The notes under the pieces are model-generated. The model worked only from the letters and a program-made list of their open reading frames with translations. It was not told the origin of the DNA and made no database searches. Positions 1 through 7,027 of a stretch of DNA of 14,345 nt are shown piece by piece (position 1 is the first letter of the stretch; every line of letters starts with the position of its first letter). The position numbers and the translations under genes are program-made. The DNA is from a bacterium (GTDB lineage: Bacteria; BMS3Abin14), in NCBI GenBank assembly GCA_020349685.1, contig CP070698.1:1595851-1610195 (forward strand), written 5' to 3'.

Positions 1-2
1 AA

Positions 3-563
3 TACGGTCAGACGCCCTCCAACCGTTTCCGGTTTTTAGAGAGGGTCTGCCTGAGTGTGAGGGAAAAGGTGGGTCCGGAGTATCCCGTGACCATCAAGCT
101 GACCGGTTCAGACAACCTGGAGGGGGGCCTGCAGATCGAAGATGCAGTATTTTATGCCAGGGCGCTGGAAGCTCTCGGCATAGACGCCATCGAGGTCAGC
201 GCCGGCACCTCCGGTTCAGGCGAAGGTGTACCGGTGCGCAAGGGGATCAACAGCGAGGATAAGGAAGGGTACAATGCGCCTTTGGCAAAACGGATCAAAG
301 AGGCCGTGGATATTCCGGTCATGCTGGTGGGGGGGCTGCGATCCTTTCCTGTCATCCGCAGACTGCTGGAACAGGGAGTGGCAGACCTGTTCTCCCTGTC
401 CCGCCCCCTCATCAGGGAGCCGGATCTGGTGAACATCTGGCGAAGGGATCCCGGACACAGGTCTACCTGCACCTCCTGCAACCTGTGCTTCCGTCCAGGC
501 ATGAGGGAGGGGGGGATCTACTGCGTTCCGGAAAGAAAACTCCAGGAGCGCAAAGCGGAATAG
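3..563 (+). CDS. NADH:flavin oxidoreductase / Old Yellow Enzyme family protein, 5'-truncated by the window edge
   Basis: The frame is open upstream of the called GTG at 57 (YGQTPSNRFRFLERVCLSVREKVG), matching the OYE YGGSxENRxRF motif. It also has IEVSAG, VMLVGGLRS and SLSRPLIREPDL motifs and a C-terminal CxxCxxC-X11-C cluster (CTSCNLC...IYC). Stop TAG at 561-563. Confidence 0.9.
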   Translation, partial: YGQTPSNRFRFLERVCLSVREKVGPEYPVTIKLTGSDNLEGGLQIEDAVFYARALEALGIDAIEVSAGTSGSGEGVPVRKGINSEDKEGYNAPLAKRIKEAVDIPVMLVGGLRSFPVIRRLLEQGVADLFSLSRPLIREPDLVNIWRRDPGHRSTCTSCNLCFRPGMREGGIYCVPERKLQERKAE

Positions 564-585
564 TTCAGCTTTCTTTCCGGAAGGA

Positions 586-684
586 GACCAAGGCCCAAAG
601 ACCAATGACCAAAGAATATTCTCAAAATAAAGGATCACACTGCTTTTTGCCCTCCCTTTGGACCTTGGGCTTTGGACTTTGGGC
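586..684. repeat. Inverted pair of tandem heptamer arrays (GHCCAAD units)
   Basis: Left arm 586-613: gaccaag gcccaaa gaccaat gaccaaa. Right arm 657-684: tttggac cttgggc tttggac tttgggc, whose reverse complement is gcccaaa gtccaaa gcccaag gtccaaa. Confidence 0.8.
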
Positions 685-757
685 TGTTTCTCCTCCCCTT
701 GACCCCTTTCTTGCCTTATGTCACCCTTCTAACTGCAAAGGAACTTGAGGAGCCTTC

Positions 758-2122
758 ATGGCACAGAGATTGATCATCTGCGGAGCGGGTGTCATCGGCT
801 CGAACCTCGCCAAGTACCTTGCCGAGGAAGGGCACGAGGTCACACTCATCGAACAGAAGCCCAACGTGGCTATTAAATCTGCCGAGAAGCTGGATGTGCA
901 GGTAACGGTGGGGTCTGCCTTCGAACCGCAGGTCCTGGAGGAAGCCGGTGCCGCTCAGGCCGACATGGTCATAGCCGTGACCAACTCGGATGTGGCCAAC
1001 CTGGCGATCTGTTCCCTTGCCTCCGCCTTCGGAGCCAAGAAGATGATCGCGCGGGTCCGTGACATGGACCTTTCCGCGCTGGTCGAGCGGTACGGCCGGG
1101 ACCACTTTCACGTCGATGAGATAATCAACCCGGACGAAGTGGCAGCCCAGACCATCATCAAGGTCATGGAAGCTCCCGGCTCCCGGGAGGTGGCGGATTT
1201 CGCCGACGGCCGTATCCTGCTGCGGACCTTCAACGTTCCCGAAGAATCGCCTCTGGTGGGAGAGCGCCTCGGCAACCTCAGGGAGTCTGACTTTCCCTGG
1301 CCCTTCGTGATGGTCGGGATCAACCGGGACGGAAAGATCAACATCCCGCGCGGGGACGATGTCATCGAGGCGAACAACCGGATCTACGTTCTTCTGCCCA
1401 AACCTTCACTGGCAGAGTTCCTCACCTTCGTCTACCCCAGTGTGCGCCTTCCCAAAAGGGTGATCATCTACGGCGCCACCAACACCGGGACCAGCCTGGC
1501 CAAGAGCCTGGCTGAGAAGATCCCCGATGTGGTCCTTTTAGAGGAGAACCGTGCCAAAGCTGAGAAAGTTGCCGGTGAACTGGCCGGCGTGCTGGTCATC
1601 AACGGGCTGGCGTCGGAGGCCGATATCCTCAGGGAATGCGGCATCGAAGCTGCAGACGCCTACATAGCCGTGTCTTCCAGCGACCACCACAACCTGATCA
1701 GCGCTGTTCTGGCCAAACAGCTGGGGGCCAAGGCGACGGTCATAACGACCCATCAGCCCGATTACGCGCCCATCGTGGATGGCCTGGGCATCGACGCCAT
1801 CATCAATCCCAGGCTCCTCGCCACCGACCAGATCATGCGTCTGGTGAGGGGCGACAGGATCAGTCACGTGGCGAGTCTGCCCGAGGTGAAGGCCGAGGTG
1901 CTCGAGCTCGTGGCCGAACCGGACTCGCCTATCACCAGAAAACCGCTCAGGGACATCAGGTTCCCCAAGAACTCCATCGTTGGCGCCATAAGCCGGGGAG
2001 ATGAGGTTGTGCTGGCCTCGGGTGACAGCCATGTGAGGGCGGGCGAGCCTGTCGTCGTTTTCTGCCACGAAGACGCTGTCTCTCAGCTGGAAAAGCTCTT
2101 TACGAAGAGGAAGCTCCTTTAG
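758..2122 (+). CDS. trkA: Trk system K+ uptake regulatory subunit TrkA (two RCK units)
   Basis: 454 aa with N-terminal GAGVIG nucleotide-binding motif, AVTNSDVANL, IARVR, IINP and AKQLGAK motifs, and a duplicated RCK_N/RCK_C layout. RBS GAGGAG upstream; adjacent to trkH. Confidence 0.95.
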   Translation: MAQRLIICGAGVIGSNLAKYLAEEGHEVTLIEQKPNVAIKSAEKLDVQVTVGSAFEPQVLEEAGAAQADMVIAVTNSDVANLAICSLASAFGAKKMIARVRDMDLSALVERYGRDHFHVDEIINPDEVAAQTIIKVMEAPGSREVADFADGRILLRTFNVPEESPLVGERLGNLRESDFPWPFVMVGINRDGKINIPRGDDVIEANNRIYVLLPKPSLAEFLTFVYPSVRLPKRVIIYGATNTGTSLAKSLAEKIPDVVLLEENRAKAEKVAGELAGVLVINGLASEADILRECGIEAADAYIAVSSSDHHNLISAVLAKQLGAKATVITTHQPDYAPIVDGLGIDAIINPRLLATDQIMRLVRGDRISHVASLPEVKAEVLELVAEPDSPITRKPLRDIRFPKNSIVGAISRGDEVVLASGDSHVRAGEPVVVFCHEDAVSQLEKLFTKRKLL

Positions 2123-2161
2123 GTTCCTCCCCGGACCGGAGGGAGCGTCCCCGCGGCCGCC

Positions 2162-3622
2162 ATGCACAAGAAACTCGTCTTAAATATCATCTCCAGGATC
2201 CTGCTGGTGGTGTCCCTGACCATGATCCTCCCTCTCGGGTGGGCCGTCCTGGACGACCCCTCCAGCGGGGAGACCCGCGCCTTCCTTATCACGATCCTCC
2301 TCGGGTTCACATTCGCCGGAGCCACGATCAAGCTTTTCCCCGCCTCCGGCGACGATTTTGACGTCATGGGTGCCAAGGACGGGCTTGCCATCGTGGGACT
2401 TTCCTGGGTCGCTGTTTCCTTCCTCGGAGGACTGCCCTTTTACCTGAGTGGTGTCGTCCCGACCTTCACGGACGCTTTTTTCGAGACAGCAAGCGGGTTT
2501 ACGACCACTGGAGCCACCATCCTGACCTGGATCGAGGGTCAGCCCAGGGGTGTCCTGTTCTGGCGGAGCCTGACGCACTGGCTCGGCGGCATGGGGATCA
2601 TCGTGCTGTCCGTGGCCCTGCTTCCGGCCATGGGCCGGGGCGCCTACGCCCTTTACAGGGCCGAGGCGCCCGGTCCTACAGCGGAGAGGGTGAAACCACG
2701 GATGAGGGAGACGGCCAAGACTCTCTGGACCGTCTACTTTATCCTGAGCGCCCTGGAGACCCTTTTGCTGATGGCGGGCGGGATGCCTCTTTATGACGCC
2801 CTGTGCCACACCTTCGGTACCATGGCGACCGGCGGATTTTCGACCCAGAACGCGAGCATCGCGGCCTACGGCGGTTATATCCAGTGGGTCATCGTGCTGT
2901 TCATGTTCCTTGCCGGGTGCAACTTCATCCTTCACTACCAGGGACTGCGCGGAAAGGTGAAAAGCTACTGGCGAAGCGAAGAGTTCAGGGTGTACCTTGC
3001 CATCCCGCTCATCCTGACACCATTGTTCGCTGTCGTGCTCGCCCTGGGTGGCCACGGTTTAACGGAATCGACGGTGCGCGGGTCCGCGTTCCAGGTCATG
3101 TCCATATTGACCACGACAGGCTACACCACCGCGGACTTCAACATGTGGCCGGCGTTTTTGAAGATCACCCTCATCCTCCTCATGTTCATAGGCGGATGCG
3201 CCGGGTCAACGGGGGGCGGGATGAAGGTGATCAGATGCTACGTTGCGCTGAAAACAGCCGTAAAGAGCATCATACAGGTGATCCTCCCCAACGCCGTCAT
3301 GCCCGTCAAGATCGATTCCAAGCCGGTGTCCGAGACCTATGTGGTCAGGGCAGCGGCCTATTTCATCATCTACATGTTTCTCTTTGTCCTCGGAACAGTT
3401 GTCATGACCGTGACCGAAGATACCGATCTTGTCACAGCCTTCGCAGCGTCGGTGGCGTGCCTTTCCAATATCGGCCCGGGTCTGGGCAAGGTGGGCGCCG
3501 TGGAGAACTACGCCTGGATCTCACCAGCGGGCAAGTGGGTCCTTTCCTTTCTCATGCTCGCCGGACGTCTGGAGCTCTACTCCGTCCTCATCCTTTTCGT
3601 ACCGGAGACTTGGAGAAAATGA
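2162..3622 (+). CDS. trkH: Trk system K+ uptake membrane protein TrkH
   Basis: 486-aa polytopic membrane protein with SGFTTTGAT, WLGGMGII, TMATGGFS, TTTGY, FIGGCAGSTGGGMK, LSNIGPG and MLAGRLE signature motifs. Confidence 0.96.
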   Translation: MHKKLVLNIISRILLVVSLTMILPLGWAVLDDPSSGETRAFLITILLGFTFAGATIKLFPASGDDFDVMGAKDGLAIVGLSWVAVSFLGGLPFYLSGVVPTFTDAFFETASGFTTTGATILTWIEGQPRGVLFWRSLTHWLGGMGIIVLSVALLPAMGRGAYALYRAEAPGPTAERVKPRMRETAKTLWTVYFILSALETLLLMAGGMPLYDALCHTFGTMATGGFSTQNASIAAYGGYIQWVIVLFMFLAGCNFILHYQGLRGKVKSYWRSEEFRVYLAIPLILTPLFAVVLALGGHGLTESTVRGSAFQVMSILTTTGYTTADFNMWPAFLKITLILLMFIGGCAGSTGGGMKVIRCYVALKTAVKSIIQVILPNAVMPVKIDSKPVSETYVVRAAAYFIIYMFLFVLGTVVMTVTEDTDLVTAFAASVACLSNIGPGLGKVGAVENYAWISPAGKWVLSFLMLAGRLELYSVLILFVPETWRK

Positions 3623-3647
3623 TCCAGGAAATGACGGATCATTTTCT

Positions 3648-3723
3648 CCAGTGTCTGGAGTCTGGTGTCTAGCGAGGTCAAGATCAAAAATTTTTTCTAG
3701 ACACCAGAACTAGACACCAGATT
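3648..3723. repeat. Palindromic element made of CTAGACA/CCAGA(A) short units
   Basis: tctggtgtctag (3661-3672) is the exact reverse complement of ctagacaccaga, which occurs twice (3697-3708 and 3710-3721). Left arm units: ccagtgt ctggagt ctggtgt ctag. Confidence 0.85.
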
Positions 3724-3738
3724 CTCAACGAGAGCGGC

Positions 3739-3885
3739 ATGAAAAAATCAGACATCGTATTAATAGTCCTCGCTGCCGCTCTCGTTGTCGGCATGCTCCT
3801 CACCGCCATCTTCGGCCGGGGCAGCAGGCACGGGTACGGATCAGTCCCTGTGCCGACGTATGACTCTTTAAAGGTCAAGAAATAA
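3739..3885 (+). CDS. Small (48 aa) single-pass membrane protein, not in the ORF track
   Basis: ATG 3739 to TAA 3885 translates to MKKSDIVLIVLAAALVVGMLLTAIFGRGSRHGYGSVPVPTYDSLKVKK: basic N-terminus plus a ~20-aa hydrophobic helix. Weak RBS (GAGAG); same orientation as its neighbours. Confidence 0.65.
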   Translation: MKKSDIVLIVLAAALVVGMLLTAIFGRGSRHGYGSVPVPTYDSLKVKK

Positions 3886-3906
3886 AAGTTTTTTTGTAAC
3901 TATAAC

Positions 3907-3937
3907 TTGACAGAACCAGTATCTGTTGTTAGATATT
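3907..3937 (+). promoter_or_regulatory. Putative sigma70 promoter with a short dyad overlapping the -35 and spacer
   Basis: Perfect TTGACA at 3907-3912 after an AT-rich tract, imperfect -10 candidates (TGtTAGATAT, 3927-3936), and ACAGA-N7-TCTGT at 3910-3926. Confidence 0.5.
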
Positions 3938-3982
3938 CGCAGTTGCCTTTGGAGGGGCGAGGAACTGTTTCGGAGGAGTATC

Positions 3983-4408
3983 ATGAGGAAATATTTCATC
4001 ATCGGTTCGGTTGTGGCCTTTGTCCTGATAGCTGTTTCGGTCTTCGCTCTCCAGGCTAAAAGCGGAAAGGTCGCAGTGGCTCAGGAGGTCCAGCCCCTGG
4101 CTGCCTCCGCATCCGGTTCCGGCTGCGGTGCCGGGGGCTCCGGTTGCGGTGCTGCCGGTTCGGTAGGCTGCGGCGGCGCTGCAGGAGGCTGCGGCGGCGA
4201 GGCGGTGGACCCGGCTGAGGCCAGGATCCGCCAGGACAAGATCATCGCTTACCTGCAGGACTACTACACGACCAGATTGGGCTATCAGAGTGTCGAGGTA
4301 AAGATCGACGACTTCGGCTGCCACCAGGAGGCTGTCGTTTCCAGTGCCGGCAAGGTCATCGACAAGCTCTCCGTGAGCGGGAACACGATAACGAAGATAG
4401 AAGGATAA
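3983..4408 (+). CDS. Exported or membrane-anchored protein (141 aa) with a Gly/Cys-repeat linker and a DFGCH motif; possibly metal-binding
   Basis: Strong RBS GGAGGAG before ATG 3983, preferred over the ORF-track start at 3926. Signal-like N-terminus MRKYFIIGSVVAFVLIAVSVFA, repeat SGCGAGGSGCGAAGSVGCGGAAGGCGG, and a C-terminal domain containing DDFGCHQEA. Confidence 0.8.
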   Translation: MRKYFIIGSVVAFVLIAVSVFALQAKSGKVAVAQEVQPLAASASGSGCGAGGSGCGAAGSVGCGGAAGGCGGEAVDPAEARIRQDKIIAYLQDYYTTRLGYQSVEVKIDDFGCHQEAVVSSAGKVIDKLSVSGNTITKIEG

Positions 4409-4413
4409 GAGCT

Positions 4414-4441
4414 GTGACTCGTTACTCGTGATTCATGATTA
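4414..4441. repeat. Tandem heptamer array (GTGACTC-like x4)
   Basis: gtgactc gttactc gtgattc atgatta, immediately after the stop at 4408. Confidence 0.6.
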
Positions 4442-4452
4442 GTCAAGGATTC

Positions 4453-4485
4453 AAGGGCCGGGAAATTCCCGGCCCTTTGCTTTTG
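4453..4485. terminator. Intrinsic terminator between convergent genes, possibly bidirectional
   Basis: Perfect inverted repeat aagggccgggaa-a-ttcccggccctt (4453-4477) followed by tgcttttg, lying between the plus-strand 3983-4408 gene and minus-strand ald. Confidence 0.85.
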
Positions 4486-4494
4486 AATATTGAA

Positions 4495-4529
4495 TCTAAC
4501 CTCCAATCTCCAATTTCTATTTTCTAATC
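4495..4529. repeat. Tandem heptamer array (TCYAATY-like x5)
   Basis: tctaacc tccaatc tccaatt tctattt tctaatc, just downstream of the ald stop. Confidence 0.6.
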
Positions 4530-4536
4530 CCGCCCT

Positions 4537-5646
4537 TTAAATCAATTTGCCTATCTCCTTCCACTCCCTGCCCATCGCTTCCGCCACGGGCTGGCAGGTG
4601 ATGTGGCCGTCCCAGGTGTTGGCTCCCAGGGCCAGCCCGGGGTCTGCTTTCAAAACCTGATTCGTATTGCCCGCCAGCTTGATGCAGTAAGGCAGGGTGA
4701 CGTTGGTCAAGGCTATGGTGCTGGTGGCCGGAACGGAGCCCGGGATGTTGGGTACGCAGTAGTGGATGATCCCCTCCTCCACATAGGTCGGCTCGGAATG
4801 GGAGGTCGGGCGGCTGGTTTCAGCCATGCCGCCCTGGTCGATGGAAACATCAACGAAGACGGAACCCGGTCTCATACCCCTCAGGACCTCGCGCGTCACG
4901 ATCTTCGGCGCCAGGGCGCCGGGGAGGAGCACCGCCCCGACGAGCATGTCACAGGAGGCGGCCGCCTCCCTGATGTTTCTGGAGTTGGACATCAGGGTCA
5001 CGACCTTTCCGTCGAAGATGTCGTCGATGTAGCTCAGGCGGCTGTGATCGAGGTCAATGATCACAACCTCGGCGCCGAGACCATAGGCGACCTTGGCGGC
5101 GCTGATCCCGACGTTGCCCCCTCCGATGATGACGATCCGGCCGTGCTTGGTGCCGGGCACACCCCCCAGCAGGCGCCCTATTCCCCCCTTCTCCTTCTGA
5201 AGGTATGTGGCACCTAACTGAACAGCCATTTTTCCTGCCACCTGGCTCATGGGCGCCAGGAGGGGAAGGCTGCCATCGGCAGCCTGGATCGTTTCGTAGG
5301 CGATGGAACGGATCCGGCGCTGAACCAGAACGTCCACGAGGTCGGGAAGGGGGGCGAGGTGGAGAAAGGCGAAAAGAACCTGGTTCTCCTTCATGAGTAC
5401 GTATTCGGAGGGCAGGGGCTCCTTGACCTTCATGACCAGGTCGGAGCCTTCCCACAGTGCGGGTGCGTCCGGAACGATGGCTGCTCCCGCCTCCCTGAAC
5501 TCCTCATCCGATATGGCGCTCCCCCCGCCGGCCCCTGCCTGCAGGAGCACCTCATGACCCTGGCCAACGAGTTCCTCGACACCGGATGGCACGATACCGA
5601 CACGATACTCGTTGTTCTTGATCTCCGTGGGTATGCCGATCTTCAT
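4537..5646 (-). CDS. ald: Alanine dehydrogenase
   Basis: Start reassigned to the ATG at 5646 (MKIGIPTEIKNNEYRVG, RBS GGGAGGG), giving 369 aa. Motifs KVKEP, FLHLA, IAYET, LLAPMSQVAG, LLGGVPG, GGGNVG, VDVSIDQGG and HYCVPNIPG. Confidence 0.96.
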   Translation of the reverse strand: MKIGIPTEIKNNEYRVGIVPSGVEELVGQGHEVLLQAGAGGGSAISDEEFREAGAAIVPDAPALWEGSDLVMKVKEPLPSEYVLMKENQVLFAFLHLAPLPDLVDVLVQRRIRSIAYETIQAADGSLPLLAPMSQVAGKMAVQLGATYLQKEKGGIGRLLGGVPGTKHGRIVIIGGGNVGISAAKVAYGLGAEVVIIDLDHSRLSYIDDIFDGKVVTLMSNSRNIREAAASCDMLVGAVLLPGALAPKIVTREVLRGMRPGSVFVDVSIDQGGMAETSRPTSHSEPTYVEEGIIHYCVPNIPGSVPATSTIALTNVTLPYCIKLAGNTNQVLKADPGLALGANTWDGHITCQPVAEAMGREWKEIGKLI

Positions 5647-5804
5647 TGTCCGCCCTCCCGGCTGTTGGGATACCCCTTTCAGGGAAAGTTTGCCTTTTTG
5701 ACCATGATCAAGCCCCTGCAAGGGGGAGTGTGGTATTCTCCGAGTATATACGATGTCGTATTTAGTGCGCCACACGGATACGGGATGGAAAAAGGAGGAA
5801 CCGG

Positions 5805-6164
5805 ATGAGCAAGCAGGAGATTCAAAGAAAAGAGGGCGGCATGCCGGTCAGCGCGGCCGTCGACCTGGCGGGCCTGGTTGAATACGGCGAGGGGGCAGTG
5901 GTCAGCAGAACCCTCATTCAGGCTTCTGTGGGTACGGTAACGGTTTTTGCCTTTGACGAGGGACAGGGACTGAGTGAACACTCCACCCCTTACGATGCCC
6001 TGGTGCAGGTCCTCGACGGCAGTGCCGAGATAACCATAGGGGGGGAAATGGTTGTCGTTTCGGCGGGGCAGTCTCTGCTGATGCCCGCCGACATTCCCCA
6101 CGCCCTCCACGCACCGGAACGGTACAAGATGCTCCTTACGATGATAAGGGAAAGGAAGGGGTAA
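5805..6164 (+). CDS. Cupin domain protein
   Basis: RBS AGGAGG. Single cupin barrel with FAFDEGQGLSEHSTPYDALVQVLDG and LLMPADIPHAL motifs; divergent from ald. Confidence 0.88.
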   Translation: MSKQEIQRKEGGMPVSAAVDLAGLVEYGEGAVVSRTLIQASVGTVTVFAFDEGQGLSEHSTPYDALVQVLDGSAEITIGGEMVVVSAGQSLLMPADIPHALHAPERYKMLLTMIRERKG

Positions 6165-6187
6165 GAAACAAGATATGGACCTTCGAA

Positions 6188-6325
6188 GTGTCTAGGGTCT
6201 GGTTCTAGTGTCTGGATACAATGAAGATTTCAAGAGCTTTACCAGAACTAGACACTAGAACTAGAAACTAAATTATACTAGGACTAGGACTAGGACTAGG
6301 ACATTGATTTAGACTAAGACCAGGA
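6188..6325. repeat. Second CTAG-rich palindromic element plus a (CTAGGA)x4 hexamer run
   Basis: Left arm gtgtctagggtctggttctagtgtctgga (6188-6216), right arm accagaactagacactagaactagaaacta (6241-6270), then actaggactaggactaggactaggac (6277-6302). Shares accagaactagacac with the 3648-3723 element. Confidence 0.85.
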
Positions 6326-6333
6326 TATGAACC

Positions 6334-6765
6334 ATGCCCAAAGACCTGTCCCGTCACATACGCTTCCTCGAGGATGAGGTCCCCTTTAACCGCCACATGG
6401 GTTTTGAAGTGGTGCACTGCGAAGAGGGCTTTGTCAGGGTCCGGATCCCTTTCAGACCCGTGTTCATTGGAGACCCCAGGCGGCCGGCGCTTCACGGCGG
6501 CATCTTTTCCGCGGTCATCGACGCCTGCGGCGGCCTGGCCGTCTGGACCCTTTTCGATGTCGAGGACCTCATATCAACAGTGGACATGAGGGTAGACTAC
6601 CTGAGACCCGGACCGGCCACCACGATCATCGCCGAGTCCAGGGTCGTGCGCATGGGTAACCGTGTCAGCGTCGTCAACACAGTCGTTTATCCCGAAAACA
6701 GAAATGAGGAGATCCTGGCCGAAGGACGTGCCGTGTACAACACGCGGAAGGCAAAGGCCGACTGA
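6334..6765 (+). CDS. PaaI-family hotdog-fold thioesterase
   Basis: 143 aa with PFNRHMG, LHGG-x6-D (LHGGIFSAVIDACGG), STVDMRVDYLRPG and RMGNRV motifs. Confidence 0.9.
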   Translation: MPKDLSRHIRFLEDEVPFNRHMGFEVVHCEEGFVRVRIPFRPVFIGDPRRPALHGGIFSAVIDACGGLAVWTLFDVEDLISTVDMRVDYLRPGPATTIIAESRVVRMGNRVSVVNTVVYPENRNEEILAEGRAVYNTRKAKAD

Positions 6766-6849
6766 ACCACGTGACTCTTTCCGTTCACCATTCCCACCAG
6801 GAAAACAATAGTTTTTAAATTGTCCCTGTTTTCAAGTTCTTTTGTTCAC

Positions 6850-6904
6850 TTGAAGTGCACCGGTTAGTGTGCTAAAAGTAACCGTAACTGATAATTGACG
6901 GTTA
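6850..6904 (+). promoter_or_regulatory. Putative promoter and operator of the cytochrome operon
   Basis: AT-rich spacer with TTGAAG (6850-6855)-17 nt-TAAAAG (6873-6878) preceded by TGn, immediately followed by the dyad TAACCGT-N12-ACGGTTA (6879-6904). Confidence 0.45.
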
Positions 6905-7027
6905 TGCTTTTTACATGTGGATGGCGAAGGGGGATGGCTGAATCGTGCAGCTAGAAGGAGCCTTCATCAAATGCTCAGCCTCTCTTCTTTTCGTTTACCT
7001 GCGTTCTGAGAAAGGGGTTTAGGGGCC

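Noticed and set aside
2124-2146. Hairpin between trkA and trkH
   Set aside because: No U-tract and it lies inside a standard operon; it may affect trkH translation, but nothing else supports that.
1538-3672. Long alternative ORFs over trkA/trkH (1538-2167 -, 2180-3055 -, 2803-3672 +) and similar ones over the cytochrome, barrel and MCP genes (7124-8059, 8468-9142, 11332-12138, 12374-13159)
   Set aside because: Antisense or frame-shifted shadows expected in high-GC coding DNA; they have no motifs and overlap well-supported genes.
3926-3982. Upstream start for the Cys-rich gene
   Set aside because: It overlaps the putative promoter; ATG 3983 has a GGAGGAG RBS and begins the signal sequence.
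4112-4198. RiPP precursor interpretation of the Gly/Cys repeats
   Set aside because: The repeats are internal to a signal-peptide protein with a folded C-terminal domain, and no radical SAM, YcaO or peptidase-transporter genes are nearby.
5671-5726. C-tract/G-tract dyads between ald and the cupin (tacccctttcaggg; CCCCT-gca-AGGGG) resembling CsoR-type operators
   Set aside because: Short and imperfect, plausible by chance at this GC content, with no matching regulator or metal-efflux gene nearby.
5647-5775. 43-aa N-terminal extension of ald in the ORF track
   Set aside because: Family similarity begins at MKIGIP (5646), which has a good RBS; the extension covers the divergent promoter region.
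6188-6325. CRISPR array
   Set aside because: The units are 6-7 nt with no unique spacers, and there are no cas genes.
6905-7027. Possible cyclic-dinucleotide (GEMM) riboswitch in the leader of the cytochrome operon
   Set aside because: Such riboswitches often precede cytochrome genes in metal reducers, but I could not find the GNRA-loop P2 or the conserved GCAAA/GGAAA junction pattern. An Rfam covariance search would settle it.
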